Source: Deltaproteobacteria bacterium HGW-Deltaproteobacteria-22 (GTDB taxonomy: Bacteria; Myxococcota_A; Polyangia; HGW-17). Taken from it: 64,000 nt of DNA. This document shows, piece after piece, positions 33,113-43,600 of the stretch; within the stretch, counting starts at the first letter, position 1, and each line of letters starts with the position of its first letter. The stretch spans positions 3,107 to 67,106 of the forward strand of contig PHAZ01000001.1 of the NCBI GenBank assembly GCA_002841825.1, in the 5' to 3' direction. The position numbers and the translations under genes are program-made. Under the pieces are notes generated by a model. That model saw nothing but the letters and a program-made list of their open reading frames with translations, had not been told where the DNA came from and did not search any database.

Positions 33113-35570
33113 ACGACTGCAGGAAGCACTTCTGGTTCTTGAATTTTTCTTCGTAGACGGTGACGATCAACTGCGAACCCTCCGATGAGGCCACGGGCAT
33201 GGCCACGGAGAAATTCTCCGGCGGCGTGTAGAGCCTGAGGCTGTGGCGGTCGCGCAGGTGCAGGGCGACGAGGCTGAGGTTCTTCTCCACGACGGTGCCA
33301 TCGGGGATGGGCTGTCCCACCTCGTGCCACGGACCGGCCGCCGGCAGGAGCATCCACTGGCCGTCGGCGGTGAACACGGGCGGTCCGCCCAGGCGCTGGG
33401 CGCAGCGCACCCAGGTCACCTGTCCGTCGGTGGGCCGGATCAGGTACAGGCAGCGGTGGGAGGGGTCCGGGATCCAGAAGCCTTCGGCCGACGCGCGCAC
33501 CCAGGAGGCGGGATGGAACGAGGCCTCCCGCGGTTCGATCTCGCTGATGTCCTTGGCGCCGCCCACGACCTCGGGCGTCCGGGTGACGAGCTTCTGCCAG
33601 AGAACCTTTCCCGAGTCCGCGTCCACGGCCGCCCAGGAGCCCTTGCCCGGCGGGCTCTCGTTCTTGGTGAAGACCAGCCAGTCGCGATCCGCAGGATGAA
33701 CCGAAAGCATCGGATATTCCTTGACTTTTTTCACCTCGTTGTTTTCGAGGAGATAGTTGCCGTCGGGCATGTTGAAATAGATCCGGGAGGCGGTGGCCGC
33801 CCGCACCGAGGGCATGGACTTCAGATCCTTGGCGCCCGGTCCGACGGGCTTTCCGTCGGTCAGCGACAGGGCCGACAGGGCGTACGCCTCCGCGAGGACG
33901 ACGGTCTCCGAGGTCACCTGGCGGATCTCCCGATCCTTGAGGGGCGCGGTCCAGGCGATGCCGCTCCGGGCCTTCACGAGCACGAGTTGGTCGGCGCGCT
34001 CGAGCAGCGCCGAGCCGTCGGTGCGGACCTTCAGCAGCGACACCGGTCCCTTGCCCGGCAGCGTGAAACTGTTGGTGGAGGTGCCCCGCGCGATGTCGAG
34101 GGTCTGGAACAGGCCGTCGACGGCGCTGTACAGTTCGCCGCCGTGCACCCAGACGGGCAGGTTCAACTCGCGCTCACCGGTGCCGATGCGCGCCGGAACG
34201 CGGCTCTCCTGGGGTTTGCCCAGCTGCACCTGCAGGACCTTCTCGGGCTCGGCCGGGGAGAACGAGTGCAGGTACAGGCGTTCCAGGTGCGGGCGGTCCG
34301 GCCACAGGGTGCGCAGGACCAGCGCGAACCGGTCGGGACGGGCCAGGGCGAACTGGACCAGCTCGACGGACGCGGTCTTGATCGTGATCGGGCCGGTCCA
34401 GACGACGGTGTTCTCGCGCATGTTCATGACGGTGAACTTGTCGTCGGTGGTGGCCGCGGCCACGAAGTCACCCTGGGCGGTGATGAACCTCGGCGTGACG
34501 GCCATGTCCTGGTCGAGGGTCTTCTTGCCGGTGGCCAGGTCGATGGAGAACACGTTCTTCCCGTTGCGGCACACATGGAACGTCTCCGTGCGCGTGCACG
34601 GCACGATGGGCAGCTCCACGTGCCAGGCGGTCTCGCCGGTGGTGGTGTCCACACCCGACAGGGTCACCATGTTCAGCCCCTCGGTGCTGAGGAACGTGGC
34701 GATGCTGCCCGTCAGGCTCACCGGCATCTGCGCCTGCAGGGTGCCCGGCAGCGCCACGGGCTCGCCCTCGCGGATTCCCTGCACGACCGCGCGGGGCAGA
34801 AAGGGCGGCATCAGGGTGGACACGAGCACGGTGTTTCCGGACAGGGGCAGGTCCACGGACCAGTCCTTCCGGTCCAGCGGATCGGCGTATTGCCACAGTT
34901 CCTTCTGCTGGGAGCACGACACGGTCCGCAGCGCGCCGTCCTGGGTGCGGAAGGCCACCCGGTCCGGGCCCAGCGCGGTGGCCGGGAAGTTGGGAGACAC
35001 GAGCACGTCGATCTCTTCGAACAGCGGCTTGAGGCCGGCGATGTCGATGTTCTTCTTCTCCGCCGGATTCCACAGGTACGGCTCCGCCGCGCCCACGAAG
35101 AGGTTTTGGCCGCAGGGGGCGAAATGGAACACGTTCCCCAGCGATCGGTCCGAGGCGCCGTCGGCCACGGCCATGTGATAGATGGACTTGTAGCGCGTCT
35201 CGTAGAAGAGGGTCTTGGTGTCCAGGGCTGCCGTGCGCAGGCTCCACGGGACGTTCTCCCCATAGACCTTCATGGTGCGGCGTTTCTTCCAGCGGACCGT
35301 GCCGTCGGAGGTGGCCACCATCAACTGGTCCACGGGCCGGTACTGGGTATGGTTGCCCGAAAAGGAGACGACGTGGGCCCAGTCCGCGCCGACAGACGAG
35401 ACCAGGGAGAACTGCTCCATGTCCAGCTTCCAGCCGGCGGTGGCGGCCAGTTGGGCCGGCGGCGGCGGGGCCGGCGGTCCGGCGGGTGCTTTGGAGTCGG
35501 AGGAACCGGACTTGCATCCGGCCAAAAGGGACGGCAACAACAGCGAAATGAGTAGAATATGCTTGCACAT
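33069..35570 (-). CDS. Lipoprotein with beta-propeller (PQQ/BamB-like) repeats
   Basis: Lipoprotein signal MCKHILLISLLLPSLLAGC. Body rich in W/G repeat units typical of PQQ-like propellers. Converges on and overlaps the glgX 3-prime end. Confidence 0.5.
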   Translation of the reverse strand: MCKHILLISLLLPSLLAGCKSGSSDSKAPAGPPAPPPPAQLAATAGWKLDMEQFSLVSSVGADWAHVVSFSGNHTQYRPVDQLMVATSDGTVRWKKRRTMKVYGENVPWSLRTAALDTKTLFYETRYKSIYHMAVADGASDRSLGNVFHFAPCGQNLFVGAAEPYLWNPAEKKNIDIAGLKPLFEEIDVLVSPNFPATALGPDRVAFRTQDGALRTVSCSQQKELWQYADPLDRKDWSVDLPLSGNTVLVSTLMPPFLPRAVVQGIREGEPVALPGTLQAQMPVSLTGSIATFLSTEGLNMVTLSGVDTTTGETAWHVELPIVPCTRTETFHVCRNGKNVFSIDLATGKKTLDQDMAVTPRFITAQGDFVAAATTDDKFTVMNMRENTVVWTGPITIKTASVELVQFALARPDRFALVLRTLWPDRPHLERLYLHSFSPAEPEKVLQVQLGKPQESRVPARIGTGERELNLPVWVHGGELYSAVDGLFQTLDIARGTSTNSFTLPGKGPVSLLKVRTDGSALLERADQLVLVKARSGIAWTAPLKDREIRQVTSETVVLAEAYALSALSLTDGKPVGPGAKDLKSMPSVRAATASRIYFNMPDGNYLLENNEVKKVKEYPMLSVHPADRDWLVFTKNESPPGKGSWAAVDADSGKVLWQKLVTRTPEVVGGAKDISEIEPREASFHPASWVRASAEGFWIPDPSHRCLYLIRPTDGQVTWVRCAQRLGGPPVFTADGQWMLLPAAGPWHEVGQPIPDGTVVEKNLSLVALHLRDRHSLRLYTPPENFSVAMPVASSEGSQLIVTVYEEKFKNQKCFLQSFTLGVPKESPRTDR

Positions 35571-35675
35571 GACCTCCGCTCTAACACAGGCAACGCCAAA
35601 AATCATCCCCGGGAAATTTCGTTTTCATATAGATAACTCAAGTCCATCGTTGACGGAAGATGGGGTTTCGGTACA

Positions 35676-36494
35676 ATGCTGGCCATGTTTCGATGGCAAA
35701 ACCTCCTCCTGCTGGTTCTCGTCTGCATCCCCGTATCGCTGGCCATGGCCCGCCGTCGTCCGCCGGTGAAGAAGATTCCCACCTTTTCGATCACCGGGAC
35801 CGTGGAGGCCACCGAGGCGCCTCCGGCCACCGAGGCCGAAAAGCGCGTCGCCTTCCTGCGGCAGCTCAAGGAGAAGGCTTATCACCGTTATCGTGATCCC
35901 CTGGTGATCCTGCCGCCCAAACTGTTCCTGTCGAACCGGCTGGCCGTCGTGGCGTGGAACACCGCGCCTCCCCCGCCCAACCCCATCGCCACGAGCACGG
36001 CCATCGACGCCCTGGTCATCCGCGGCGGCGCGTTCATCCCCCAGTTGTGGGTCCTGAACTTCGAGGCGGACTTCCATGCGGTCAACCGGGGCAACAAGGA
36101 CGTGAAGCTCTTCTCCCCGGGCCGCGTCATCAACGGCACCGCCGTCGGTCCCGAGACCCTCGCACCGGACAGCGACCGCGTCATCGCCATCAACCCCCGC
36201 AGCGAGGAGACGCAGGACAAGAACGTGAAGTTCTGGTCCTATCCGCTGCGCCTGGTGGGTTCCCCGTCGGCCATCGGGCGCGTCCTGTTCGTCCGCTCGC
36301 ACCACTTCACGCTGGTCAACGACGACGGCACGTTCTCGATCCCTCCCCTGCCCGCCGGGAAGTACCAGATCTCCTTCATGGACCGCAACCGTGAGCTGCT
36401 CACCCAGGAAGTCGTGATCCCTGAAAAAGGCAAGGGCGAACTGAAACCGCTGGAAGTGAAGATCACCCTTCCCTTCTCCACGGAAGAATTCTAG
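35676..36494 (+). CDS. Hypothetical secreted protein (C-terminal carboxypeptidase-regulatory-like beta-sandwich)
   Basis: Signal peptide MLAMFRWQNLLLLVLVCIPVSLAMA. C-terminal FTLVNDDGTFSIPPLPAGKYQISF motif. Confidence 0.45.
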   Translation: MLAMFRWQNLLLLVLVCIPVSLAMARRRPPVKKIPTFSITGTVEATEAPPATEAEKRVAFLRQLKEKAYHRYRDPLVILPPKLFLSNRLAVVAWNTAPPPPNPIATSTAIDALVIRGGAFIPQLWVLNFEADFHAVNRGNKDVKLFSPGRVINGTAVGPETLAPDSDRVIAINPRSEETQDKNVKFWSYPLRLVGSPSAIGRVLFVRSHHFTLVNDDGTFSIPPLPAGKYQISFMDRNRELLTQEVVIPEKGKGELKPLEVKITLPFSTEEF

Positions 36495-36504
36495 AGGCAC
36501 ATCC

Positions 36505-38373
36505 ATGTTTTTTTCCAAGATCTGGCTGGTTCTGGTCACATTCGCCGGTGTTCTGGCCCTGGGCGCCCTGCTCGTCGCCACCCGCCCGGCGGAGTATTTC
36601 CTGAAGCAGAATTTCCGCGCCGACGGCATGCTGCTGGACATGGCACAGGTGTCGTTCGACGCCGAACTGTCGCGCGAGTCGCGTCAGATGCTGGACCGGC
36701 TGGGCAGCATCCGGCTGGACAAGCGCATCGTCGAGGCGGCCGAGACCCAGAAGGACACGGAAAAACTCACTCCGGTCCTGCAGGACTTCGCCAAGCGCCT
36801 CAATGTGATGGAGGTGATCGTCACGGATCCGGCCGGCGCCGTGCTGGCCAACTCCGCCAAGGGTCGCGCCACGGTCGCCAACTTCACGCCGTTCAAGGAA
36901 GCCGTCCAGGGCTACCACAGCGACAACACCATGGTCCTGGACAACCACCTGCTGCAGGTGTTCGCGGTGCCCATCCTGTCCAAGGACTACAAGCGGGTGG
37001 CCGGAGCGCTGGTGGTCCTGCGCAAGTTCGACACGGAGTTCCTCGCCGGCATCCAGGACGCCCTCGGTCACGGCAAGACCAAGGACTTCGATGTTGAAGT
37101 TGCAATATTTATGAACAATAAACTCGTGTACACCACCCACAAACATGACGTGTGGGGGCAGGTGCCAGCTTACTACGAGAAGGTCGCCGCCGACATCCGC
37201 AACCCCGAGAAGGGTTTTGCCCCGTCCACCACGCTGGTGGACAAGAAGCAGGAATACCAGGTGATCCTGGGCCAACTGCGCGGCGAGGTCACCAATCCGC
37301 TGGTCGAGGGCGACCCGAATCCGGCGCCGGCGGCCGCGGACAAGGACAAGAAGGACGACGCCAAGAAGGACGACGCCAAGAAGGACGGCGCCAAGAAGGA
37401 CAGCGCCAAGAAGGCGGGCTCGGGCGTCACCGACGACACCGGCGTCTACTATGCGCTGGCCTGGAAGCTGCCGCCGCCCCTGGGCAGTTTCGCGTTCATG
37501 GACAAGCACATCCCGCAGAGCGAACTGATGAAGGGCTTCCCATGGACGATGCTCGTGCTCGCGGGCGTGGGCATCTTCATCCTGGGCATGCTCATCGTCA
37601 TCTTCGAGGGCGACATGCCCCTGCGCCGCCTGATCAAGCACACCAAGGAGGTCGCCTCGGGCGACATGCTGCTGATCAACGACCAGGCGTTCCACGGCCG
37701 GTTTTCCTCCCTGGCCCGCGCGATCAACGAGGCCCTGGAGAAGACCGCCGAGCGACAGGGCGGCCCCTCACTGCACGACAAGTCCATCGGTGACATCCTC
37801 GGCGGACCGGCCCCCTCGGGTGGCGGTGCCGGGCTCTCGCTCAAGGACGGCGGTCCGCCGCCCCCGCCGGTGACCGGCAAGCCTCTGACCTACCCCAAGG
37901 TCAAGAATGTCGACCTGCCGGGCCAGAAGGTGCCCGCGGTGCTGCCGGACAAGCCGATCATGTCGTCAGCGCCCCCCCTGCCCTCGTCGGCTCCCCCGCC
38001 GCTGCCGGGCCGCCCCTCCAATCCAGCCATTCCGACGGTGTCCGGATCCGAATCCGCTCCGGCCTCCACCTCTTTGGCCGCGGACAAGCCGGCCGATGCC
38101 GGGGACAAGAAGAGCTCCGGCAACATCATCCTTCCCCCGGGACCTTCGGATGATCCGACCGAATATTACAATTATATTTTAACCAAATTCAAAGAAATGA
38201 AGATGCAACTCGAGGGCTCCCTGGAAGGCTTCACCGACGAGGAGTTCGTCAAGAAGCTCGCCCAGTCCACCGCCGACGTCCGCGCCAAGATGAAGTGCGA
38301 GCGCGTCATCCTCACCGTCTACGAGCGCGAAAAGAAAGCCGGCCTCAAGGCCGCCCCCTACCGCGGCCAGTAG
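36505..38373 (+). CDS. Membrane protein with periplasmic sensor-like domain, second TM, cytoplasmic Lys/Asp and Pro-rich repeats and a conserved C-terminal domain
   Basis: TM1 at N-terminus. Roughly 270-aa extracytoplasmic region. TM2 (WTMLVLAGVGIFILGMLIVIF) followed by a HAMP-like stretch. (KDDAKK)n. Pro-rich linker. Conserved C-terminal 70 aa. Confidence 0.5.
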   Translation: MFFSKIWLVLVTFAGVLALGALLVATRPAEYFLKQNFRADGMLLDMAQVSFDAELSRESRQMLDRLGSIRLDKRIVEAAETQKDTEKLTPVLQDFAKRLNVMEVIVTDPAGAVLANSAKGRATVANFTPFKEAVQGYHSDNTMVLDNHLLQVFAVPILSKDYKRVAGALVVLRKFDTEFLAGIQDALGHGKTKDFDVEVAIFMNNKLVYTTHKHDVWGQVPAYYEKVAADIRNPEKGFAPSTTLVDKKQEYQVILGQLRGEVTNPLVEGDPNPAPAAADKDKKDDAKKDDAKKDGAKKDSAKKAGSGVTDDTGVYYALAWKLPPPLGSFAFMDKHIPQSELMKGFPWTMLVLAGVGIFILGMLIVIFEGDMPLRRLIKHTKEVASGDMLLINDQAFHGRFSSLARAINEALEKTAERQGGPSLHDKSIGDILGGPAPSGGGAGLSLKDGGPPPPPVTGKPLTYPKVKNVDLPGQKVPAVLPDKPIMSSAPPLPSSAPPPLPGRPSNPAIPTVSGSESAPASTSLAADKPADAGDKKSSGNIILPPGPSDDPTEYYNYILTKFKEMKMQLEGSLEGFTDEEFVKKLAQSTADVRAKMKCERVILTVYEREKKAGLKAAPYRGQ

Positions 38374-38427
38374 AACACTGAGCAGGAATCCGTTGAAAAA
38401 CCTCAGTTTTTCTCGCCTGTTGAAATA

Positions 38428-38447
38428 GCATTTCCTTAACTTGGGCG
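38428..38447. repeat. Left direct repeat (attL candidate), CATTTCCTTAACTTGGGCG
   Basis: 19-bp exact match to 63026-63044. Lies between the chromosomal gene ending at 38373 and the integrase gene end at 38478. Confidence 0.7.
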
Positions 38448-38477
38448 CAAGCCTTAATCGTTCCGGCTGATTTTTTC

Positions 38478-39638
38478 TCAGCGGATTCCATTGGCAGTAG
38501 TCTGATTCTGAAGGATGTTTACGCCGGCGCGGAGGTTGTCGGGGGATAGATGCGCGTAGCGGCCGGTCACCTCCAGGGAACTATGGCCCAACAATGTGGA
38601 GACGACGGGTAATGGTACACCAGCCTGGACCATGCACGAGGCATGCGAGTGTCGGAGCATATGTGGGGAGATGGGCCTCAACCCGGCTGATCTGCAGGAT
38701 TTCTTCAGATGGAAGCCGGCGTTGCGTGGACGTTCATAGCCTTGTTTTTTGTCCGAAATAATCACCAGGCGCCGGCTGAGGGATGCCTGTGGCAATGGCG
38801 TAATATTCTTCTCTCCGGGAAAGCGTAAGAAAAAAATATTCTTCAACGCGCTGACCGCTTCGCTGTTCAGGGGGAGCACACGGGTGCGGCCATTCTTTGG
38901 TGTCATCACTTGTGGTCCGCGATCCGTGAAATACACGGTCCGCTGAACTCGAATGGACTCGAATTTTGCCCGGAGATCGAGGTCGTTCCATTCAAGCGCA
39001 CACATCTCCCCAATTCGAAGGCCAGTATGGAAGAGGAACCGAAATACGCAGCTCCAGATGGGTGATGCATGTTTGCAAAGAGACTCCAATTCCTCCACCG
39101 TGAGGAAATCCGTCTTGATATTCACGATCTCCTTGATCGACTCCAGGGTCAAGGAAAGAGGAGGCAATCCGGATTTATCGGCGACCTTCAGGCAGGTTTT
39201 CAGAACGCGGATGTGCCGAGGCGTGGATATCTTTCTGGCGGCTTCCATGAGTTGATCGCAATGCGATTGCGAGAAATTCACCCAGGCCAGTTCGCCGATG
39301 ACCGGAAAGACATGCTTGCGCAGACTGCACTCGTGGATGTAGCGGGTGGAGGGTTTCAGATGTCCGGTGAGCTCCAGCCAGTCCAGAATTGCACGTAGAC
39401 CGCTCTCCACGGTGTGAATGGTTTTCGGCCCGCGCTTATGCCCGGGCACCACCTTCTTGATACCGTTCTGGATCATCGAGAGTTCCTTCTCTCCCCACGA
39501 GATGGCCGCCCCTCGACTATCGAAACCACGCTTCTTCAGGCGGCGCGGGATGCCTTCATGATCCTTGAAGCAGTGGTCCACACGGAACAGTACCCGGCCA
39601 CGCCTCTCGTAGGGATAAGCGACGATAATCTCAGACAT
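38478..39638 (-). CDS. int: Tyrosine-type site-specific integrase
   Basis: C-terminal catalytic domain with R...HMLRHSHAS...LGHSSLEVTGRYAHL (R-H-R-Y tetrad). N-terminal SAM-like core-binding domain. Confidence 0.9.
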   Translation of the reverse strand: MSEIIVAYPYERRGRVLFRVDHCFKDHEGIPRRLKKRGFDSRGAAISWGEKELSMIQNGIKKVVPGHKRGPKTIHTVESGLRAILDWLELTGHLKPSTRYIHECSLRKHVFPVIGELAWVNFSQSHCDQLMEAARKISTPRHIRVLKTCLKVADKSGLPPLSLTLESIKEIVNIKTDFLTVEELESLCKHASPIWSCVFRFLFHTGLRIGEMCALEWNDLDLRAKFESIRVQRTVYFTDRGPQVMTPKNGRTRVLPLNSEAVSALKNIFFLRFPGEKNITPLPQASLSRRLVIISDKKQGYERPRNAGFHLKKSCRSAGLRPISPHMLRHSHASCMVQAGVPLPVVSTLLGHSSLEVTGRYAHLSPDNLRAGVNILQNQTTANGIR

Positions 39639-39744
39639 AACTATCGGCCTTTCTGGCCTGCAGAATTTCGCGTTGCAGGCATCATAGCTCAGCCCCAAGG
39701 GGCGGTCAAGCACGCAGGCTCGGCCGCCCCTCCAAAGCGCAGGG

Positions 39745-40209
39745 TCATTGAGCTTCCGACGGTTTTGCCGAGGGAAGCGGGGCTTGCGGACGAGGCTTGT
39801 CCCGTTGGATCAGTTCGGTGATTAGAGAACTGGCTTCCTGAGTGGTGAGGGCGTCGACAGTTTTCCCGAAACGGGATTTGCAGCCCGCCTCGAATTTACT
39901 CTTGTTTCCGCCAAGCTTCTCGTCCACGAGTTCGCGCAGCTTGACGAGTTGACGTGCTGTGATCTGACCCTGGACGTTGGCTGTCGATGGTGTTGTTTGG
40001 GGACGGGTGACATTGGACGAAGGTATGGATGAGACGCGCGATGGCGCATCCTGTGCGACAGGCGATGGCGTCTCACCACTTGCAGGAGAAGAGCCTTCCT
40101 CTTCTCGGAGTATGGTCATCATCTCGGCGAACTCCTTGTTGAGTTCCTGGAGGTGTTGCTGGATACGGTTGAAGCGAGTAACGAAGTTTTCAGTTGTCAT
40201 ATCAATCAC
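39745..40209 (-). CDS. Hypothetical island protein, paralog A (coiled-coil N-terminus, conserved C-terminal domain)
   Basis: C-terminal ITARQLVKLRELVDEKLGGNKSKFEAGCKSRFGKTVDALTTQEASSLITELI aligns with the protein at 56394..56780. Confidence 0.6.
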   Translation of the reverse strand: MIDMTTENFVTRFNRIQQHLQELNKEFAEMMTILREEEGSSPASGETPSPVAQDAPSRVSSIPSSNVTRPQTTPSTANVQGQITARQLVKLRELVDEKLGGNKSKFEAGCKSRFGKTVDALTTQEASSLITELIQRDKPRPQAPLPSAKPSEAQ

Positions 40210-40276
40210 CTTCTTTCTGCGCGCCGCTGGCCGGAGGCATCATCGCCCGCCGGCCACGACACAACCAGGTTTGCGA

Positions 40277-40510
40277 CTAGGCCGCCTTGTCCTTGTTTCC
40301 AGACAGCCAATTCATGATGGTCTCGCGGTTGAAGCGGTAGCTCTTTCCGGTCCTGCGGCACGGGATCTGTTTGTGTTCGATCATGTAATAAATCGAGTTC
40401 GGCCGTACGCGCAGCAGTTGGGCCAACTGAGAGACATCCAGGACCTCGGGCAGCGCCGCGGTCGGTTCGGTGGTGGTGGCGATTTCGGGGTTCATATACA
40501 GGGTTTTCAT
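40277..40510 (-). CDS. xis: Excisionase / AlpA-like HTH DNA-binding protein
   Basis: 77 aa. LDVSQLAQLLRVRPNSIYYMIEHKQIPCRRTGKSYRFNRETIMNW matches the MerR/AlpA excisionase fold pattern. Heads the xis-X-int operon. Confidence 0.7.
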   Translation of the reverse strand: MKTLYMNPEIATTTEPTAALPEVLDVSQLAQLLRVRPNSIYYMIEHKQIPCRRTGKSYRFNRETIMNWLSGNKDKAA

Positions 40511-40637
40511 TTTAAGACTCCTTGCCCTTACAGGGCAAAATAGGTAAATAAGACCAGACCTGTCGACGACACCACCATGGTGACGACGACACTTTCAACA
40601 ACGCCCGGAGGCCCGCGGCAACGGGAGCAGGTGGGCA

Positions 40638-43600
40638 TCAGGGCACCTCCTCCGGGTCGACCATGGAGACGAACGTGCCATCAAAACTGATGACACCCTG
40701 TGCGACGAGGTCGTCGATCATCGGCTTCGCCATCGGCCGCAAATGCTCTGGGAGCATCTCCCGGACGCGGTTCAGGTGCAGGGCACCTTCGCTGAGTGAA
40801 TGGGACGTGACAGCGAGCCGGAAGTGCTCCAGTTCGTCGACGTTGGCGGTGACCGAGACAATTTCCTCGGGGAGATCCAAGTGGCCAGAAAAACCCACGC
40901 TGGTGCCGGCACCACTTCCTGTCTCTTGATAAATATTTTCTTGTTCTCCGCCTTCTTCTTCTTTTTCTTCTCCCCGAAAAGGGTACCCCTCAATCCGTGG
41001 GTTTTTTTGGCCACTTACGACTTGGCCCACACCAAGGTCGACATCGGCGAGCCCCGGTTTCGGCGTGAACGTGGGCTTCTGTTTCGGCAGCAGCTTAATG
41101 CCGGTTACGCCACGCGTTCGGTAATGATCCTCCTGACGGCGGCAGACCTCACCGCCCCAGGTCACCTCCACTGCCGCGAAAAACCGGTCATGGCTGAAGG
41201 TGTCCCGATGGTCGTAGTCAGGCCACCACTTGTTGTAGGCAACGTCGATGTCGTCCCAAGAGATGTAGTGGCTCTCGGACTGCTGGAACCTCTCCCACAA
41301 AAAACGGGCCTCGACGGTCGTCAAGGCCTCGGCGAGGTAGACCGCCTCCTCCACGGGCTGCGTGTACTGCCACGTCCCCGTTTCCAGGTAGCGCCGGGCA
41401 AAATGGACCCCGTAGGAGAAGATGATATCCATCTCGGCCTCGTCCTGGGTCCAGGCGAGCTCCGCATCCATCTGGTTCTCGGCCGTGTACCGGATGCGGT
41501 GCGACCACACGTGGACGTTGCGACGGTCTGCACCTCCACGAGTGCGGTCCTTCCCGATGCTGGGATGGTTGCTGAGGATGACGATCAGGCTTGTGTTCAG
41601 GAAGCTCGTGGCATCCTGGTACACGGGCGCCCCAGTCAAGGTCTCAGCCGTCGTGGCCTCCTTGATGAAAGGACCGAGAATGTCGAACACGTTGTGCGGC
41701 GCGTCGTCGAAGACGGCGAGCAACTTGCCTCTCAGGGTCGAGATACCCCGCAACCGCCGTTCACCAGTGAAATCGGCGATCTGCGCATGCAGGATGTTCG
41801 AGTCACCCACGAGGATCGCGACGTACTTCATGAAGGTAGACTTTCCTTCACCGCCAGGTCCCCAAAAAATAATGCAGATGCCGGTCTGCCGCGTGAGCAG
41901 CAAGCGGGCGATCATTTCGATGAGGGCGACGATGTTCACGCCCCACCGCTCCCAGGCCTGGATGGTTTTCAAGGATTCCAGCGGCGGCAACTGTGTCGGG
42001 TCCTCGATGAATGTGCGCGGCACGTAGAACACTGCAGGCTGCTTCGGCCGCCCGGGAGTGAACCACCGATCAAGCTCGAAGGAGATGAAGCCGTTCTTGC
42101 AGAGAATGCCCTTCTGGAGCACTTCGCCGCCTCGGAATTCGAGTACGGCGGTCGCGAGGTACCAGGCCACGAGCGTGAACTCACTTGGCTCCAGCGGACG
42201 CCCCGCGACCGTGTTGAACAGATCGTGGAGTTCCTCTGGCCGAACCGGGCTGAGATGCCCTTCGGTGTTGACTCGATGGAACGTGGGCGTCATCGACGGG
42301 CGGCTCGGCGGCTCGATGCACACTAAACTGTCCCCGGTGCTTCTTGCCACGCCTCGGGCGATGACGACATACTCGTCCTCTTGTGGTTCTCCTTCGGATT
42401 CTAATTTTTCCAGCTGCTGCCTCTCGGTTTCAATGATCAACTTTCCGAGATCTGTGAGGGTGCACTTGAAGTGCTTTGCACCTGCCTTGAGGACTTTTTT
42501 GATCATCACTGGGTTGGCTCGCACCAACTCGTACGCGAAAGACTGCAGGACCTTGGGAAGCTGGTCTGACGGGGTATCAGTTGGGATGGCCAAGAGTTGA
42601 TCGATGAGTTCCTTCTCCGTCGGCGAAGGCGCTGCGCTGGCTTTACTTGCCATCGGTGCCGGCAGAGAGGTCGTTGGGATCGACGTGAAAGTGTAGGTCA
42701 AGCCACCATGAGCGAAGCTCCAGATGTACGGTGGCTTGCCCGGTTTGACGATGAACTGTGCGAGCCGTTCACCGCCGTGGTAGTCAGGTTCCAGCGGATC
42801 GGAGAAGGTCTTCCCGTTCCACTTTTCCTGGTCCCCGAGGAGCTCACCGACCGTGACCTCGCCGGCCTGCCCGTGCAGCACGAATTCGTCTGGCAGCACG
42901 TGGGTGGCAGCAGCCACGCCCAGGCGGTCACGCATGTGCTGCGCTTCTTCCGGCGACTGAGGGCGTCCCGCACGTTGGCCGTCCTTCTGGATGCGATCCT
43001 CGATCCACGCAGCACGGACAGCGTCGGCCTCGTCCTGGGCGTCTGCCTTGAGCGCGGCGACGATCTCTTTGAGACGCTCATCTTCTTCCGGCGTGAGCGC
43101 GGTGAGCGCGGTGACAGTATCCAGCACGCTACCGTCTTTCACCGTGGGTGCCGGCCTTAACTGGACGAGGCCCTTGCCGCAGGCCGCACCGGCTGCAAAG
43201 TCGAGCCGCTCCGGCTGCCACACGGATCCATCGATGGACGTGCGCAGCAGCATCGTTCCAGCCTTGGTGACCTGGATGTACCCGTGCCCCGCAAGGACGA
43301 GCCGGTCAAACAGCAACTGCCCTGCGCGTGGGATGTCCTGGCCGTTTTTCGCAACGAGGTAGACCCGCTTGCCGCCTTCGCCCTTGAGAACTTCGCCGGT
43401 CTTCTCATTGACGATGAAGGTGCTCGCGCTGTCGGTGACAACCAGGGCGCAGTCCGCGATCTCTGGGCACACCGACACCAGGAGTCCTACCAGCTCCTCG
43501 CGTGTCAGTGGCATGGTGCCCGGCCGGATGTCGAAGTCGATCATCATGATCGCGAGTCCGGCGAGAAAACGGAAGTTCTCTCGGATGCGGGCGAGGTCGC

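Noticed and set aside
33243-35555. 770-aa plus-strand ORF opposite the beta-propeller lipoprotein gene
   Set aside because: Antisense to a gene with a clear lipoprotein signal and repeat structure. Low-complexity translation.
38374-38477. Expected tRNA/tmRNA integration target next to the integrase
   Set aside because: No tRNA-like features visible here or at the right boundary (62800-63330): no GTTCGAATC-type T-arm, no acceptor-stem pairing. Integration appears to be intergenic.
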